Source: Phoronis australis
Taxonomy: Eukaryota; Animalia; Phoronida
Direction of reading: 5' to 3'
Length of the DNA stretch: 64,000 nt
NCBI GenBank assembly: GCA_002633005.1
Contig: NMRA01000436.1
Span: forward strand, 208,127-272,126
Part shown: piece by piece, positions 1 through 13,256 of the stretch
How the letters are laid out: every line of letters begins with the position of its first letter
How positions within the stretch are numbered: position 1 is the stretch's first letter
Notes under the pieces: generated by a model
The model's input: the letters and a program-made list of their open reading frames with translations, nothing else
What the model was told of the DNA's origin: nothing
Databases searched by the model: none
Position numbers and translations under genes: made by a program

Positions 1-151
1 CAATTGCATGAGATCGAGAAATACTCTGTATGGTATGCAATTGCATGAGATCGAGAAATACTCTGTATGGTATGCAATTGCATGAGATCGAGAAATACTC
101 TGTATGGTATGCAATTGCATGAGATCGAGAAATACTCTGTATGGTATGCAA
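1..151. repeat. 37-bp tandem repeat, ~4 copies (runs off window start)
   Basis: Unit caattgcatgagatcgagaaatactctgtatggtatg starts at 1, 38, 75 and 112. Confidence 0.95.
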
Positions 152-2110
152 CTGTACTCAACTTTATTTGGCACGATAACATCAGTTTTAAAACCAAGTA
201 GGAATTCTAAAATAACACGCGTTTTAATTAAAGCTGTTAAATTTGGTAAAGGGTGGTCGGTCCTATGGATTTTTATAACTTCACCATGTAAACAACTTCC
301 ATGTTCTGCGTTGCATCAGCACTACAATTGTGTCACGGTAAAGGTGGTATTTCGAAACAATTGAGGGTAAATGGCCTGCTTGATGAGTAGATTTGCTCGA
401 ACATGATAGCAACACCCCACATGCATCGCTTTATTAAGTACAGTACAACGACCTGGTGGAGGCTTAACGACAATTGTAATGGAATAAATAAATAATGAAA
501 CAGACAACGTGATCTCACACGCAATACGGAAACTTAACAAATTCGTAATTTTGCAACTCAGTCGTACTTATCGGCCAACACACTAGTATAAAATAAAATG
601 ACAATCCAATTCAGCAAAACTATTCGCCCTACGAACTTAATAGAATAAGTCAGTTTTATACCATTATATTTTAATTTCAAAAATGCAATGACTAATCTTG
701 AAATTAACTACACTGTAGAAAAATTCACGTTAACTCAAAACGAGAAGAAATACCGATCCGGACACTTCCCCGCCCCTACAGCACGTCTCTTTAATCGGTT
801 GTGCTTTCCGACTGACACGACAAAACCAAAATATCCATGCGAATGAATATATGACTGGTTAAAACATCCCTGAACTTTAAAGTTGGCTACACGACTCCGT
901 TTCCTTGTCAATACCCAAAAGAAATTCCCGAGGACCTCGCCCTCATACAGTCAGGTAAAGTCTTGTCCTCCGTCCTTCCATCGAGCCATATGTTTTAGTT
1001 TCTCTAGCCAACCCCTCGCTTTGGTATCGAGAGCTTTTTTATTTCTCTAGTCTATTCTGTACGCTTCGTTCACGAAAATCATCACAACAAAAACGCAACA
1101 AAGGAAAACAATGGCAGTGACCTATAGGAGATACACGTAACCATGCGACGCGTTTACGCCCGTCGCATGGATCTCGCAAGTTTTAACAATACCTTGCAAC
1201 CTCCATACGACGTAATTTGGCATGAGTTAGACAAGCTGAATAATGTGTTTCTATATTGAGCAACATAACATGTCTACAACTTTGTTTGTCCCTTCCCCAG
1301 TCACTTTTCCACAGTCATTAATATATGTGACTTTTTTCATGGTTCGTCTGAAATACCTACAGACTGTCATTGGAAACTGTATCCATGACGATCAGTTGAT
1401 CCTCGAGTGTGTTCACATTAATAGCTTAATTGTGTTCACATGGTCAATTATGGATTTCTATGGAGTCCAACGACAGGTACATCCAGTCCTTGAAGTCTTC
1501 TCATTTCCTCCAACTGTGTGCATTTGTTTTCCGATGTCTCATGTCAAATGAGGTATCGATTCCTCGGCTTTGTGTTATATTTACATTTAAACTGAGACAC
1601 TGCTATCGTATCTGTGTGTTGACTTTATTTTAAACACTTTATCGATGGAATCATGTCAACCATAAACCACTGAGGCCAATCAAAACATTCTTATCACCAC
1701 TTTGAGCACGCTATATACTCGCACATTGCACTACAAATTAGAATGACAATCATAACCAATGAAGTTTATAAATCAAACTTTTAGGTCTCTTTGTTGTGGC
1801 ACTACACCCGGCTTGGTGATCGCAAATATTCTGTGGTTCAAAAAAACTTAACGGGAAAATATAGTTATTGAAGTCAACACTCCAAACGTCGTATTGAAAT
1901 CACGCAAGAACCCAAGAAGCTGTTAAAATTTGCCGATTTTTGTGTTTACTTTGCCACAAACACAAATAAAATTCCGAAATTAACCATTCACAGCAACTTA
2001 AGTCATTGGCCGAATTCTCGTCGCCGCCAGGTTTTCGAATCCAGTTTAAAAACTCAGAAAAGTAATGTAAATGTTTAAGAAATAGCTTAGCTTGAAAATG
2101 GGTCTGTGAA

Positions 2111-2203
2111 CACCAATACATGTGACATGCAGTGCCCAGTCCACCAATACATGTGCCATGCAGTGCCCAGTCCACCAATACATGTGCCATGCAGTGCCCA
2201 GTC
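2111..2203. repeat. 31-bp minisatellite, 3 copies
   Basis: Unit caccaatacatgtgccatgcagtgcccagtc repeated three times. Confidence 0.9.
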
Positions 2204-2849
2204 ACTGTACACGAACTGTTATCAATGTTTCCACTCATCTCTGTCTTTTAATGCTCGACGAATATAATTGCAGGAAGTTTCAACCAACGTTCGCAAAAGA
2301 ACCAAGGGCACAAGGGCAAGATGCTTTCACCTAAGGGGACTGCCTGACGTTATAAACACTTTTACAGCAGGCAAAATACATGTTTTTGCTAAACAAGTCC
2401 GCTTCCGTTCCTACAGAGCGTGCTTTCCTCGGTTGATTGCACGTTTCGCTATGAACTCGATCGCAGAGGCGAGCGTCAAGAGCAGACGTTAATAGTTTTA
2501 GCTAAAAGGCCATTTTTCAGTGCGCGAAAAGACTCGAGGATGTACATAATGTAATGTCTATGAAAATATCATTCTACACTATATACCAGTTTGCCAACAT
2601 TTTTCTTGAATTGTCTGTCGTGTTAATTGTTATTTAACCTGAATAATAGTAAGAGAGAATTATCGTCAATGGAGACAAAGTTAAAACGACGCTTGTTTAT
2701 CAAAACCGTAAGACCAAAAATCATACACGTTTATGGTAATTTTTTGAAGATGGAGTCAAGTGGTGCGGTATTTATTCCTGCTAAGTGTTTCAAAATGAAA
2801 CTCAACCTGAGAAGAGGAAAATGATTCTGGATTTGATTTTTTCTTTAGT

Positions 2850-4353
2850 CATCGTTTGGAATACCTGGCGTTTCAAACCATGTGTATTCTTTCTTACTCC
2901 TCTTTATTCAGCTATGCAACAACACGCTAGATCTCGGCTCATCGTACATGTATGTTACGGCACAGTCACAGACCACGCCCTATTTCAAATGTGCAGTCGG
3001 TGTCCGGCAAGGATGTATTTTTAGTTTCCGGCTGTTCTCGGTGTTTGTTAGCACACTAGTGTCTGATATTAGAGAAAATGTAGGCAGAGGCACATGTGTC
3101 TCCCCCCGTTGTGATATAGGTTTTATGTTCATTGCTGATGATTTAGTGCTGGTGTTGAATACTGTTGCTGATGATTTAGTGCTGGTGTTGAATACTGTTG
3201 CTGAGCTACAGATGAAGCTCAATGCCCTCGAAAAGTTTTGTCGAGACTGGAACTTGCAAGTTAATTTGGAGAAAACAAATATTGTGGTATTTAAGCAGTC
3301 ACATTCTCCTGCCTACTTAAATGGACAGTTTTGCAAGCCAAGCTCGAAAAGCATTGAGCGTTATTAAAGCCACTCTGTCAACAATTAACCGTATTTCCCA
3401 TGGAGTGCATTTTAAATTCTTTGACTCTATGATAATGCCCATATTAACATATGGTGCAGAAAAATGGGGAACATCAAAAGATGTGTGAATTTCTTGAAAA
3501 AGTTCATAATGATTTCAGTAAATACGTTCTGAGATTGAATATTAAAACGCCAAATGATATGGCTCGCGGTGATGGGGGGGGGGGGGGGGNCTATTGTTGA
3601 TTACAAAATATATGTGTAAACCAATTATCTTTTAGACAACATTTTTTGGTATCGGAGAACATAGGTACCCACTGAAGTGCAATAGTATGCGTAGGGAACA
3701 AGGTGAAAACGGTAATTGTTACTGGGCAAACCGTGTCAAAGAAATTTTGTGCAGGTACGGTTATGGAAACGTGTGGTTATTTGACCCAGGCAATATTGCT
3801 GAATTTATTATGGTATTCAAGCAGAGATTACTGGATTGTGGCGTACAGGAATGGCAACTGGAAATAGGTACCTCAAATAAATATGAATTTTATAGTCTTA
3901 TTATACGTGATCATCTTAACGAGCAATATGTGAATTGTTTAAGGGCTTATTCGAGAAGAATACTAGCGCAATTTCGATGTCCAGGTCACTCACTTAATAT
4001 AGAGAAAGGGAGACATATGGGTATTGCTAGAAGTGAGTATGCGGCATATGCTGTCTGGGTGAAAATGAATATGAGTCTCATTTCGTGTGTCGATGCTCTG
4101 TTCTTGAAGACCTTAGAAGAAATCTTCTACCAGGGCTTGTGAATGGTAACTATTCTCTTGTTAGGTTATTCCAACAGAAAAAAACATGACAGTATACAGC
4201 GCCTTGCATTGTATATTCAGAAGGCCATAATGGCTTTAAGAGAAGAAGTGCTCTCCGAGTAAATACACTGGATCTACATTGGAATTTATGCATTTATGTA
4301 TGAGTAGGCAAAGCCTATGATATACAATAGACGATATTATTATTGTTATTATT
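2850..4353 (+). mobile_element. 5'-truncated, decayed non-LTR retrotransposon (RTE-X/L2-type LINE): RT remnant, C-terminal Cys/His knuckle and (ATT)n tail
   Basis: Translations give RT motifs GVRQGC..S..LF, FIADDLVL and LQ..LNALEKFCRDWNLQVNLEKT, then LAQFRCPGHSLNIEKGR and a frameshifted CGIC..E.E.HF..RC. The element ends in a degenerate caatagac + (att)n tail at ~4325-4353. Multiple stops and frameshifts. Left boundary approximate. Confidence 0.88.
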
Positions 4354-4840
4354 AATGAGGGCGAGGTTTTTTTAAAGCCCGTGAGTGCATGTTTCAGCAT
4401 GAGTCGGATTAAAGACAAGAAACAACATTACTCGTTTTGGCCTAATAGAAAAAATATAAAGTAATTGATTTAGACGATCAATGTTTGTGGTTTCCGTAAA
4501 AGTCGTTTCAGCAACTGAAAAAATACTAACGTAATACCATGAGGAAATAAGATAGTCTGAAATAAAGATAAGCATGCTGAATCTTGTTTTTTGTAGATCG
4601 ATCACTATTTATGTTGGTTATAGAACAAGGCCCAAACTGATAAAACATTCACATATTCTCGTTAACGGTAACAGTAGGCCTGTGGATACCAGTATCAGTA
4701 TTTCAACAAACTAAACTAGAATTCAAAGACATAACGCGCACATCATCTGATTAAGATCAAATGTATGTTCTTAATTTCGACAATGCCTTTTAAAAGGAAA
4801 TTCGTTATTTGTGCTTCCAATGTTACACGAGACCACGTAC

Positions 4841-5087
4841 CTGTGAATGTCGAGCTTGTGAATATTCGAACAATTTTTGAGCTTAAGGCTGGAAGGCCGT
4901 CCAGCTTGCCAGACATGACTTTGTAAAACTTCTCGTTCCGTACTGGTTTCTCATCGTTTTCATTATAGACGTCGGCATTCTCAGCGACATGTGCCGGGTC
5001 TGTCTTGCCACGCCCGATCTTGCCAGCAGATGACTCCCTGTCGCTCCCTGAATCCGGGACAATAACACTAGACGTTTTACGACTCAT
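4841..5087 (-). CDS. N-terminal coding exon of an NWD1/NWD2-like NACHT and WD40 repeat protein (start of the DUF4062-like N-terminal domain)
   Basis: Reads MSRKTSS...SGKLDGLPALSSKIVRIFTSSTFT, then G|gtacgt (phase-1 donor at 4840), restoring the family signature VRIFxSSTFxD. Polypyrimidine-cag acceptors lie at 5091 and 5116, so an upstream exon may exist. No downstream exon found in the window. Confidence 0.85.
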
Positions 5088-5689
5088 AGTCTGGAGGCGG
5101 GAAAAAACATTGCACCTGAAAAAAATGTTTAGCACTTAATTTGCTAATGCGCTACGCATAATCCAGACGGATGAACTAGGGTTACGATTCAGAGTCACGC
5201 AAATATTGTGCCGTGGGTTACTGTGACATTCTACTGTACTCTCACCCTTAAATAAATTGCACACCTCAGCCACTGCTATCTTACCAATTTAATTACAGAG
5301 CCGATACGTACTATAGAACTTGAGCGATAACCTGTGTTCAGGTTGCTACATTCTTTCTGTCTACAGCAAACAGTGCAGGCTGCCGACGAGCAGATTACAA
5401 ACATCTTATGAGTCTCAGAATTGAGTAGCTTTTGATTAAACAAAATACGATCGAAAATGGATAATATTGTCCGCGTCTCGCTTTCGGCACGAAATATATG
5501 TCAGACTTAGTGAAATTTGATCGATTCGGGTGGTTTGCGAACAACCCATGAAATTCAATCTCATTCCATTTAACAAGATTGAGATTTGTAGTTATGTCGT
5601 GAATTTGAAAGAATTTTTTATATCTAGTGAGGAGCAGTTACAGTTACAAGTACAATGTCCAATTTTTGAAATTGTCCAAACAGTGACCG

Positions 5690-5920
5690 GTGTCAGATGG
5701 TGCTTACCATAGCTACACGTACCAAATTGTGTTGGTTGATGATTACCATAGCTACATGCACCAAACTGTGTCGGATGCTGCTTAACTTAGCTATGCATAT
5801 ACCAAACTGTGTCGGATGTAGCTTACCATAGCTACACGTATCAAACAGTGTCGGATGAAGTTTACCTAAGGTACATGTGCCATACAGTGTCAGATGATAT
5901 TTACCTTAGCTGCATGTAGC
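5690..5920. repeat. ~40-bp diverged minisatellite, ~6 copies
   Basis: Recurrent gtgtcggatg..cttaccatagctacacgtaccaaact. Confidence 0.85.
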
Positions 5921-8900
5921 TGCAAGTTCGTCAACCTTCGCAAACTTAGATTCACTCAACGGGCTTAAATCGAACGTGAGAAATAATCTGCACAAAACCT
6001 GTTTTTCCACTTATACGACACTGAACCCCAGTCTTGCCCAGGGTAGGTGTATTCTGTGTCGCACATTATAGATCACCAACGGAAGATTCTCTTGCTTGTG
6101 CGGCTATCCTCAAACCGACTTAGGATCGAGAACTCAGACTTAGCACATGTGGTGAGTTTCAATCAGAGGAACATAATTATATTTCGTTTTAGCTCTATGG
6201 TCAACAATATCAGACCTGCTTTCGCCAGTGTACAGGACCATACATCCATTTCATCATTGTTGAATCAACCCGACAAACAAATAGCAACCTAGTTTGCTGT
6301 CAATTTTTGGAGTCAGTTAGACCCATTGATTGTTCTATTACGTACTGGAACTGAATTTCATCACTATCTCTATGTGTATACATTGTAAGCGCTGAAGTTA
6401 TATCGTTCAATTCGTTCTTATTTATTCTGTCTGTTAATATTTTCGTTGAACTATTGTAAATTTTATAATATTTTGTAGCCATCATCTTTGTTTTGATTTT
6501 CAATTACACTGTACTAAAACTACTAGTACTAACTACCAATTCTAACCTGCACAGATAAAGCGCTTTTTTTCTAGCTAATGCGTGGATGCTTTACTCGTGT
6601 CCTTGTGGAGACCCCTGTTGACCAATATGACTAGTGTCCTCAAGAAAAATAAAATGGCCCAGAATAAATACTCTGTTTTTACCAAAGACGCCATTGTACC
6701 GTCATGGGTATTGCAGTACCCGGATGTTAATGTGGCGGCAATCGGAGTACATTCCTTGTACGTATCACAGGTCCCAGAGACTTTGCCAAGGCGCGAATGG
6801 GGCCGGGTCAGGGTCTTCACCCTTTATCCTCACTCCATTACCGGTGCGATAAGATGCCATTTGAAAGGGGTTACGAACCACAACGCCCGCTGTACTCTAT
6901 CAGACTGGGTTTATGGTGGATATACACAATTTATTCAAGAATATGTAAATTACCTTTGGATTTGCCTGAAGAGAATTGAACAAACTGCATAAACTATGAA
7001 AATAGGGATAAGAGCCTTTGAAACGATGCTCAAAATTTGTGTTTATTATGCTAAATTTTGGATATAAATTGACACTTTGAAGGTACAGACATCACGAAAA
7101 CCACCTGGATAATGATAAAATACTTGCGGTGGATTTGACAACGAAGTCACCTATTTGAACCAAATAATCCCTGTACTCTGCAACTAAAATGGCATAACTA
7201 CATAACTCGACACTTCCTTCACGCAAGGTCTGCACGAGACCTTACGCCGAAACTTACGACTGGTCGGAGGCATCCGTTTATACCAGAAGTATAGAATCGT
7301 TGTCAATTTATCATAATTTAGTGAAATAGCCCCTGATAAGACGTGTTGAACAAACTGCTAGTGTAGGAGAGGTGGTAGTCTTCAAAATCTGGAATCTTCA
7401 TTTTTTGATAGCAACTGGAAGTGTTTAGAAAACATTTGCATCGATTTTAGGCGGATTGTTAACTATGCGTATACAGTCTAGACGTTTCGAATACAACATG
7501 CAGTGAACGGCATCATGGCGCCAGATACAAAGAAAAACGACAAGCAGCGTACGCTTTCTTAAGAACATGTTATTTCCTTTAACAGAGAGAAGTTCTATCT
7601 TCGCACTCCGATAACTCGTACCTGACGACGTTTTTAATTCGTATACGAGTACCGAAGCTTGTAGCGAGGTCGACTGGTCTTGTCCGAACACTTGTCTGCA
7701 CACCCCGATTAGATGTATACGGTAGTCCATTACGACTAACAGAATAGTGCAGAGTAGGCAGGGCACACTCCCTGATTTTTCGACTACTCGATCTTAAGCC
7801 ATGTCTACACTGCGAAACGTTGAGAAAGGCTACGTAATCTGTTCGGATTTCCGAATAAAATAGAGCATGCCCGATTTTGCTCTGAATGTCGATCGACTGT
7901 GGAGAAGTCGTATGCGACTTTTGGACCTATCCGAAAGTCGTTTAGCATAAACTTTGAGTAGGCATGGATTCAAAGGAACGCATCAATTGGAAACAATAAG
8001 CATATTATTGTGCTGATGATTGAACATCCCTTCGGCATTTAACACATGAACATATTGGTAGCGCAAAGCTGTTCATCAGTGTGGGTCGAGGGGGTGCTGC
8101 CAGTGGTCCCTGAATACATGTACATGTATATGTGTTTCTATATGTAGTAGCGTTACCTCACTGGTGCCAGCTCCATTCGTCCTTTGGAAAGCACGTAATG
8201 TCATAACAGTCCGTAAATCGTCGTAGGTCCTCAGTCACGCAAGACAATCGCTACAAAAGCTAGCGTGCCCTCTTGCTTCGTTTTGACGTCTGATTGAATG
8301 GTGATATCTCGCGAAGTCTTGTGCGCTTTGAGTTTTCGCGAGTTTCGTGAGCCTGCGCAAAGGTTCTTAGCCTGGTAATATGCTACCGTGCCATGTCACT
8401 ACCCTTATCCCTCTCTGTGTTTACAACATCTACTTAGACGACGGGATAGAGATACTCCACAGCCCCGTGCACAGGGATCTACCGTCTAACGTGGCTGTCG
8501 TTACCACGCTAGTTTCGTCATGTAAGACATCGATAACGAGCTATGCAGGTTTAAAAGTAAATAAACCGCCAAACACAATCATTGGACTTGGCGTTAATAT
8601 TAGCTTGACGTTATCTAATGACATTAACTCACCTCAATTGGATAACGTTTAACTCTGATCAGAGCGACGGCAGTTACTTCAAGTACGGTTGTCTTTTCTG
8701 CAACTACCTCCTCCACGGTATTTACCCAAGCGACTTCCACGATACAGTCTCTAATTTACTATAAATACACAATCGAAACTCGACTGGTCGCAATATGAAG
8801 GGAGAACCGTTATATATCGATCCGGTCCCGTTCGACTTTGTTTAGTCTTTGTTACTCTGATTTACATAAACCCTTTAGGAAAATTATCTCGCCATGAACG

Positions 8901-9261
8901 CATTAGTCAAATATCGACGATGCTCACTCGATGAACAGTGGGTTATTTTATCCGCAAACTACTTTTTAGCTAAATGTCACTTTACTGGAAACAATACTAA
9001 GATAAATGAACGCAAAGTTTGCACAATGATGGAGAAATAAAAGATTGACTCTAGAAGGGATACGTCAAGTTTACTTTCAATTTGTATGGGCGTGATTTCT
9101 TTCTCAAGACTAAATATATAATTTGATTAAAACTAAATTTTATTGCTTATTTGAAAAATGACGTTTAAATTTAATGCACAGAACGTTGGAATAAGCAGCT
9201 CGTCACCAATAACTATTCTCTTTCAAATTATGTTTATCGATATTGTTACTTGAAAAATCAA

Positions 9262-9264
9262 CAC

Positions 9265-9301
<37 letters not shown>

Positions 9302-9830
9302 GCCATCATCATCATCATGGTAATCGTCAACATCACCATCGTCATCATCATCATAGTCATCGTCATTGTAATTATATTTTATTTTTTGTCATTGATGTTG
9401 TTGCTATCATAGTTCTTATTAATCTCGTAATCACTCTTAATACAATTATATTTTTCATCATTATTAATCTTATTGTTGATACACTTGTATTTTTCATCAT
9501 TATCAATATTATTTTTCATAGAAATATATTCTTCATCATTATTAATACAGTTGTATTCTTCACCATGATTAACAAAATTCTTAATAAAATTGTATTCTTC
9601 ACCATTATTGTTAATACAATTGTATTCTTCATGATTATTAACATTATTGATAATAAAACTGTTTTCTTCATCATTATAAAATTATTGTTAATACAATTAT
9701 ATTCTTCATCATTATAAGTATTTTCGTTAATACAATTGTATTTTTCATTATTGATATTGTTAATGCACGTGTATTCTTTATCAATATTGATATTATCACT
9801 TGTATTAAAGTATGTTTAAGCCTATTATTA
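9262..9830. repeat. (CAT)n microsatellite grading into an AT-rich low-complexity minisatellite
   Basis: Pure (cat)n at ~9265-9300, followed by repeated gttaatacaattgtattcttcatcattatt variants. Confidence 0.9.
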
Positions 9831-10539
9831 TTGAGAGCTTTAATATTTTACAGGCATTGTTTTCATTATAATAACTAAACTACACTACCACCTCTCACAG
9901 AAAAGCGACAAAAGTCCATCACAACCACCAGGACTGAACCAAACATACAATCTTTCTAGCAGACTAATTAAGTCGTTATCGCTGCAGCTTAATAAAAATT
10001 AAGTTGCAAGTTAATAACGACAACGACATAATTGATTCATTATAATAAATGAACTGATATAATTACCTGTCTCCATGACCACGTTATCAGGTGAAAGTTC
10101 AAGACCGCCACAAGCCAATACGTATATTAACTGAAGATCGACGTTTTCCTAACGTTATAGGAGTTGCCATGTGATATGGACATTAAACAAGGTGTACTGA
10201 CGACGAACAACGCTCAGGAAATTATAAACTAACCCAAGCGAGTCTAACAGGAAACGAGTCTAAACAATCCCGTCTTTAAAAAAATCAATATCTGATTAAA
10301 ATCAGTGTTATTTTTGACGATTATAGGTTTTCGTATCAAAGTGTGAACAGTTTGATTGCCTACTCAATTAAGTTATTTCTACGGCTGACGAAAGCCTTCA
10401 CACGGTCTGCGAGATATTAAACAAAACAGTCTTCACTTCGTTGTTACCAAAATATATAAACCAAACAAAGAATGTTTCAGATTGAACAAAGATTACTGAC
10501 GGTCAATAATGAAAAAAACAAACGGTAACAGTTTTATTC

Positions 10540-12200
10540 AAATATGACTACAAGTGCAACTCAAAGCGTTGAAATGCACCCACAACCACTGCAAACAGCA
10601 TGCCTCTAAAGGTGTTGGTAACATCAAATGGTCGACATATGACACAGAGTATGCCCGACCCCTCCAACATTGTAAAAGCGTCGTTGTCTCTCTAATAGAG
10701 AATTGCTTGCCACATTTCATTAAAATTTGTCAAGGATGCAGGGACAAACATAATAAAATCAACTTGCCACTAGGAGGCACAATTGTTGTAGGTCTGTCTA
10801 CCTGTTCAAAGAAAATCATTACATTTGCCGCGTTTCATAAAGATACGGCTTGGGGTTTAGCAGATACATGTGCATCCGTAGATGCAAACATTTGTCTCAG
10901 GGGATCAACAACAGTCGGACGCGTCCAAATATCAAGGCCAATCGTGCTGTCGTCAGTTGAACCACATCTGCCAATTGGCCTTCTAGGCAGCTTGGCAGAT
11001 ACAGTGGCAGACGACAAAACAGACTAAAAATATTAAAACTGATCACTAGGTGACGCGACATAAAAAGTAGAAATGTGTCCATTACGAAAACATATTTGCC
11101 AAACTTATGAAAACCGCCATGGAACTCTGAAGGTACAGAAGGAAATGTAAACAATTAAATTGATAGCAAGGAACACTGCGTTTAATCAAGTCCGTCAAAG
11201 AGTCGTAGTCGGCAGTTGTCAATACATAGACCTGCCAAGTTTTATAACGATCACATAATCGGTTAAGGAAATACAGCCGCGGAAACAAACTAAAACTGAA
11301 TTGCAACCAGGGAACACCACAGCTGCCAAAGTCAATGTCAGTCCCAGTCCTGACATCATCACATCTATCAATTTTTGTAAAGATCAATTGATCTGTTTAG
11401 CGGATGAAGAGACAGACAATAAAATAATAAAATGGCGACAAAATGACACAGAATATGTTGAATCAATCTAAAATTAAAATGCACTATTCACGTCTTATAT
11501 TGTCAACATAATTGTCAAATTTCATAAAAACGCGTTAAAGAGCTCCGGAGATACAGAGCCAAACTTACAAAAGCGTATAATATTGCAACTAGAGGACACA
11601 ACAACAGTCGGATTAGTCCGAAACCCGTGGTATTACGTCGTTAACTTCACAAGAAACACGTACAATATAGGTCCACTAAGCCTCACAACGATCTTGGATG
11701 TGAATTAAGGAAATACAGTTGCGGAAGGAAAAAATTGTTACAATTGTCGGATGCTCCGAAACTCCAAGTTAAGCGTGTTGCTCTCATCAAAACATACCTG
11801 CATGCCCATGTTCATGATGATCCTTTGATCTGTTTGGAGGATAGAGAGACGAAAGCCAAACGCAGTTTCGAAGAATGTGCACAAGGAGGCCCATAACACG
11901 TCAAATCCGTCAAACAACTTACAGTATATTCGTTCTCTTGATAAACACTTATTTGCCAAACTTCATGAAAATCCAATCAACAACGTTGCAGCGGCTAACG
12001 TAGAAAATAAATTGCCACTAGAGGGCACAGCGGAAACCAGTTCCGTCGAAAACTCGTTTTCGTCTGTCTTCAGCTTCATAGGAGCACATCTGCCAAATCT
12101 CATTGAGATCCCGAAAGGGGTTTATGAGATACGCCGAACGTCAAGAGATGGAGGCAAGTATAAAATTAACACAGTCAAGAGAACTGCCGGAAGTTTACTA
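10540..12200. repeat. Old, highly diverged repeat array (ccaaatttcat / gccactag-gggcac modules); related pieces at ~16380-17050
   Basis: Recurrent tgccaaa(t/c)ttcat and ttgccactag(g/a)aggcac-like motifs, e.g. at 10764, 11582 and 12012. Boundaries approximate. Confidence 0.55.
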
Positions 12201-12561
12201 CGTACAATCTGAATGGAAAAATCATTAAAGGCGAAGGCAACCTTTTCCATGTCATTTTGAGCCAAAATAAGGTGGGTTGGTTATCCTAGACATATTTTCA
12301 ACTTAATTACAGCTTTTCGTAATTTTATTAATTACTCCTCCGCTACTCCGGAAGTGACGTTTTAGGAGGCAAGCGTTTCCCACCACTTGGTTTTGCGTTG
12401 ACTTTACCGTGCGAATCTGTTCTATTCTACTTTTGTTTTGTGCTGTTTTTCAACAATTGTCGCCACCACTTTCCATCGGCGAGTATTCTGCGGAAAGATA
12501 GGCTAGTAGCGAACTCAACTACGTTGGATTTAGGGATTGTTTAGTGTGTTGTAAGCTGAAA

Positions 12562-12868
12562 ATGGCTGGAGTCGGTGACCCGTATCAATGTGACAGTAGT
12601 GTGAGTGACGGAGACCTTGTTCACAGCAGTGGTGACGAGGAATTTTTTCACGGACATTCAGTGGGGGGTACATGTTTGAGCCCGAGTATAACGAGGCAGA
12701 GTAAGCACAGGCACAGGTAGTTGTTGAGAGAAACGAGGCGGCTACTGAGGACAGACGTGGTGACACATCTTGGTGCAAATGCACTGTGTGCGTTGTTATG
12801 CCTACCTCAATGGAATGCTTGTGCTGTTCCGAGTTCGACGAGGCCAAGCGACTACTGGACATGGTTAA
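12562..12868 (+). pseudogene. KolX remnant (Kolobok accessory protein related to the P2X7 C-terminal Cys-rich domain)
   Basis: MAGVGDPYQCDSS..., a frameshift in the G-run at ~12665, then GYMFEPEY.EAE*...RRGDTSWCKCTVCVVMPTSMECLCCSEF, matching WCxCxxCxxMxTxxECxCCxE. Confidence 0.85.
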
Positions 12869-13256
12869 GTGGACCTCCGGCATACCACGGACAGAGGAAC
12901 AACTGTCCCACTTGCCAGAGTGTCCCGCGACACACTCCCACTGGGTGGTGACCTGAGCACCCAAACTGCTTACATCGTGTCGCGTGACTCCCCGCCACAC
13001 ACCTGGCACCTTCTAAATAGCTCCAACACTTTAGACAAGTCCACAATAAACTTATCAAAGTTTGGCTCACCGATCTGTTCGCTGGACGACGAACTGTCCT
13101 CTTCACTGGGTGTCNNNNNNNNNNNNNNNNNNNNNNNNNNNNNNNNNNNNNNNNNNNNNNNNNNNNNNNNNNNNNNNNNNNNNNNNNNNNNNNNNNNNNN
13201 NNNNNNNNNNNNNNNNNNNNNNNNNNNNNNNNNNNNNNGCAGCAACAGTGTGGCAT
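12869..13256 (-). pseudogene. Kolobok transposase N-terminal remnant (THAP-like start plus Cys/His segment)
   Basis: MPHCCC start at 13256. After the gap: KFIVDLSKVLELFRRCQVCG, then after a frameshift GAQVTTQWECVAGHSGKWDS..VRGMP, matching the KFIV..C..C...G....C..GH...W.S pattern of Kolobok transposases. Confidence 0.75.

Noticed and set aside
1-151. 37-bp repeats of CRISPR-like length
   Set aside because: Head-to-tail with no unique spacers, no cas genes, and a eukaryotic context.
322-540. RANLLIKQAIYPQL as a possible next NWD exon (ERNxLMxxVYPxL)
   Set aside because: Lacks the following DMRWG motif and has no suitable phase-1 acceptor.
6047-6992. Cluster of overlapping ORFs, including a 136-aa ORF
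   Set aside because: No recognisable motif and no consistent splice-phase model on either strand.
9250-9717. His-rich, hydrophobic 155-aa ORF
   Set aside because: It is only the translation of a (CAT)n/(ATT)n low-complexity tract.
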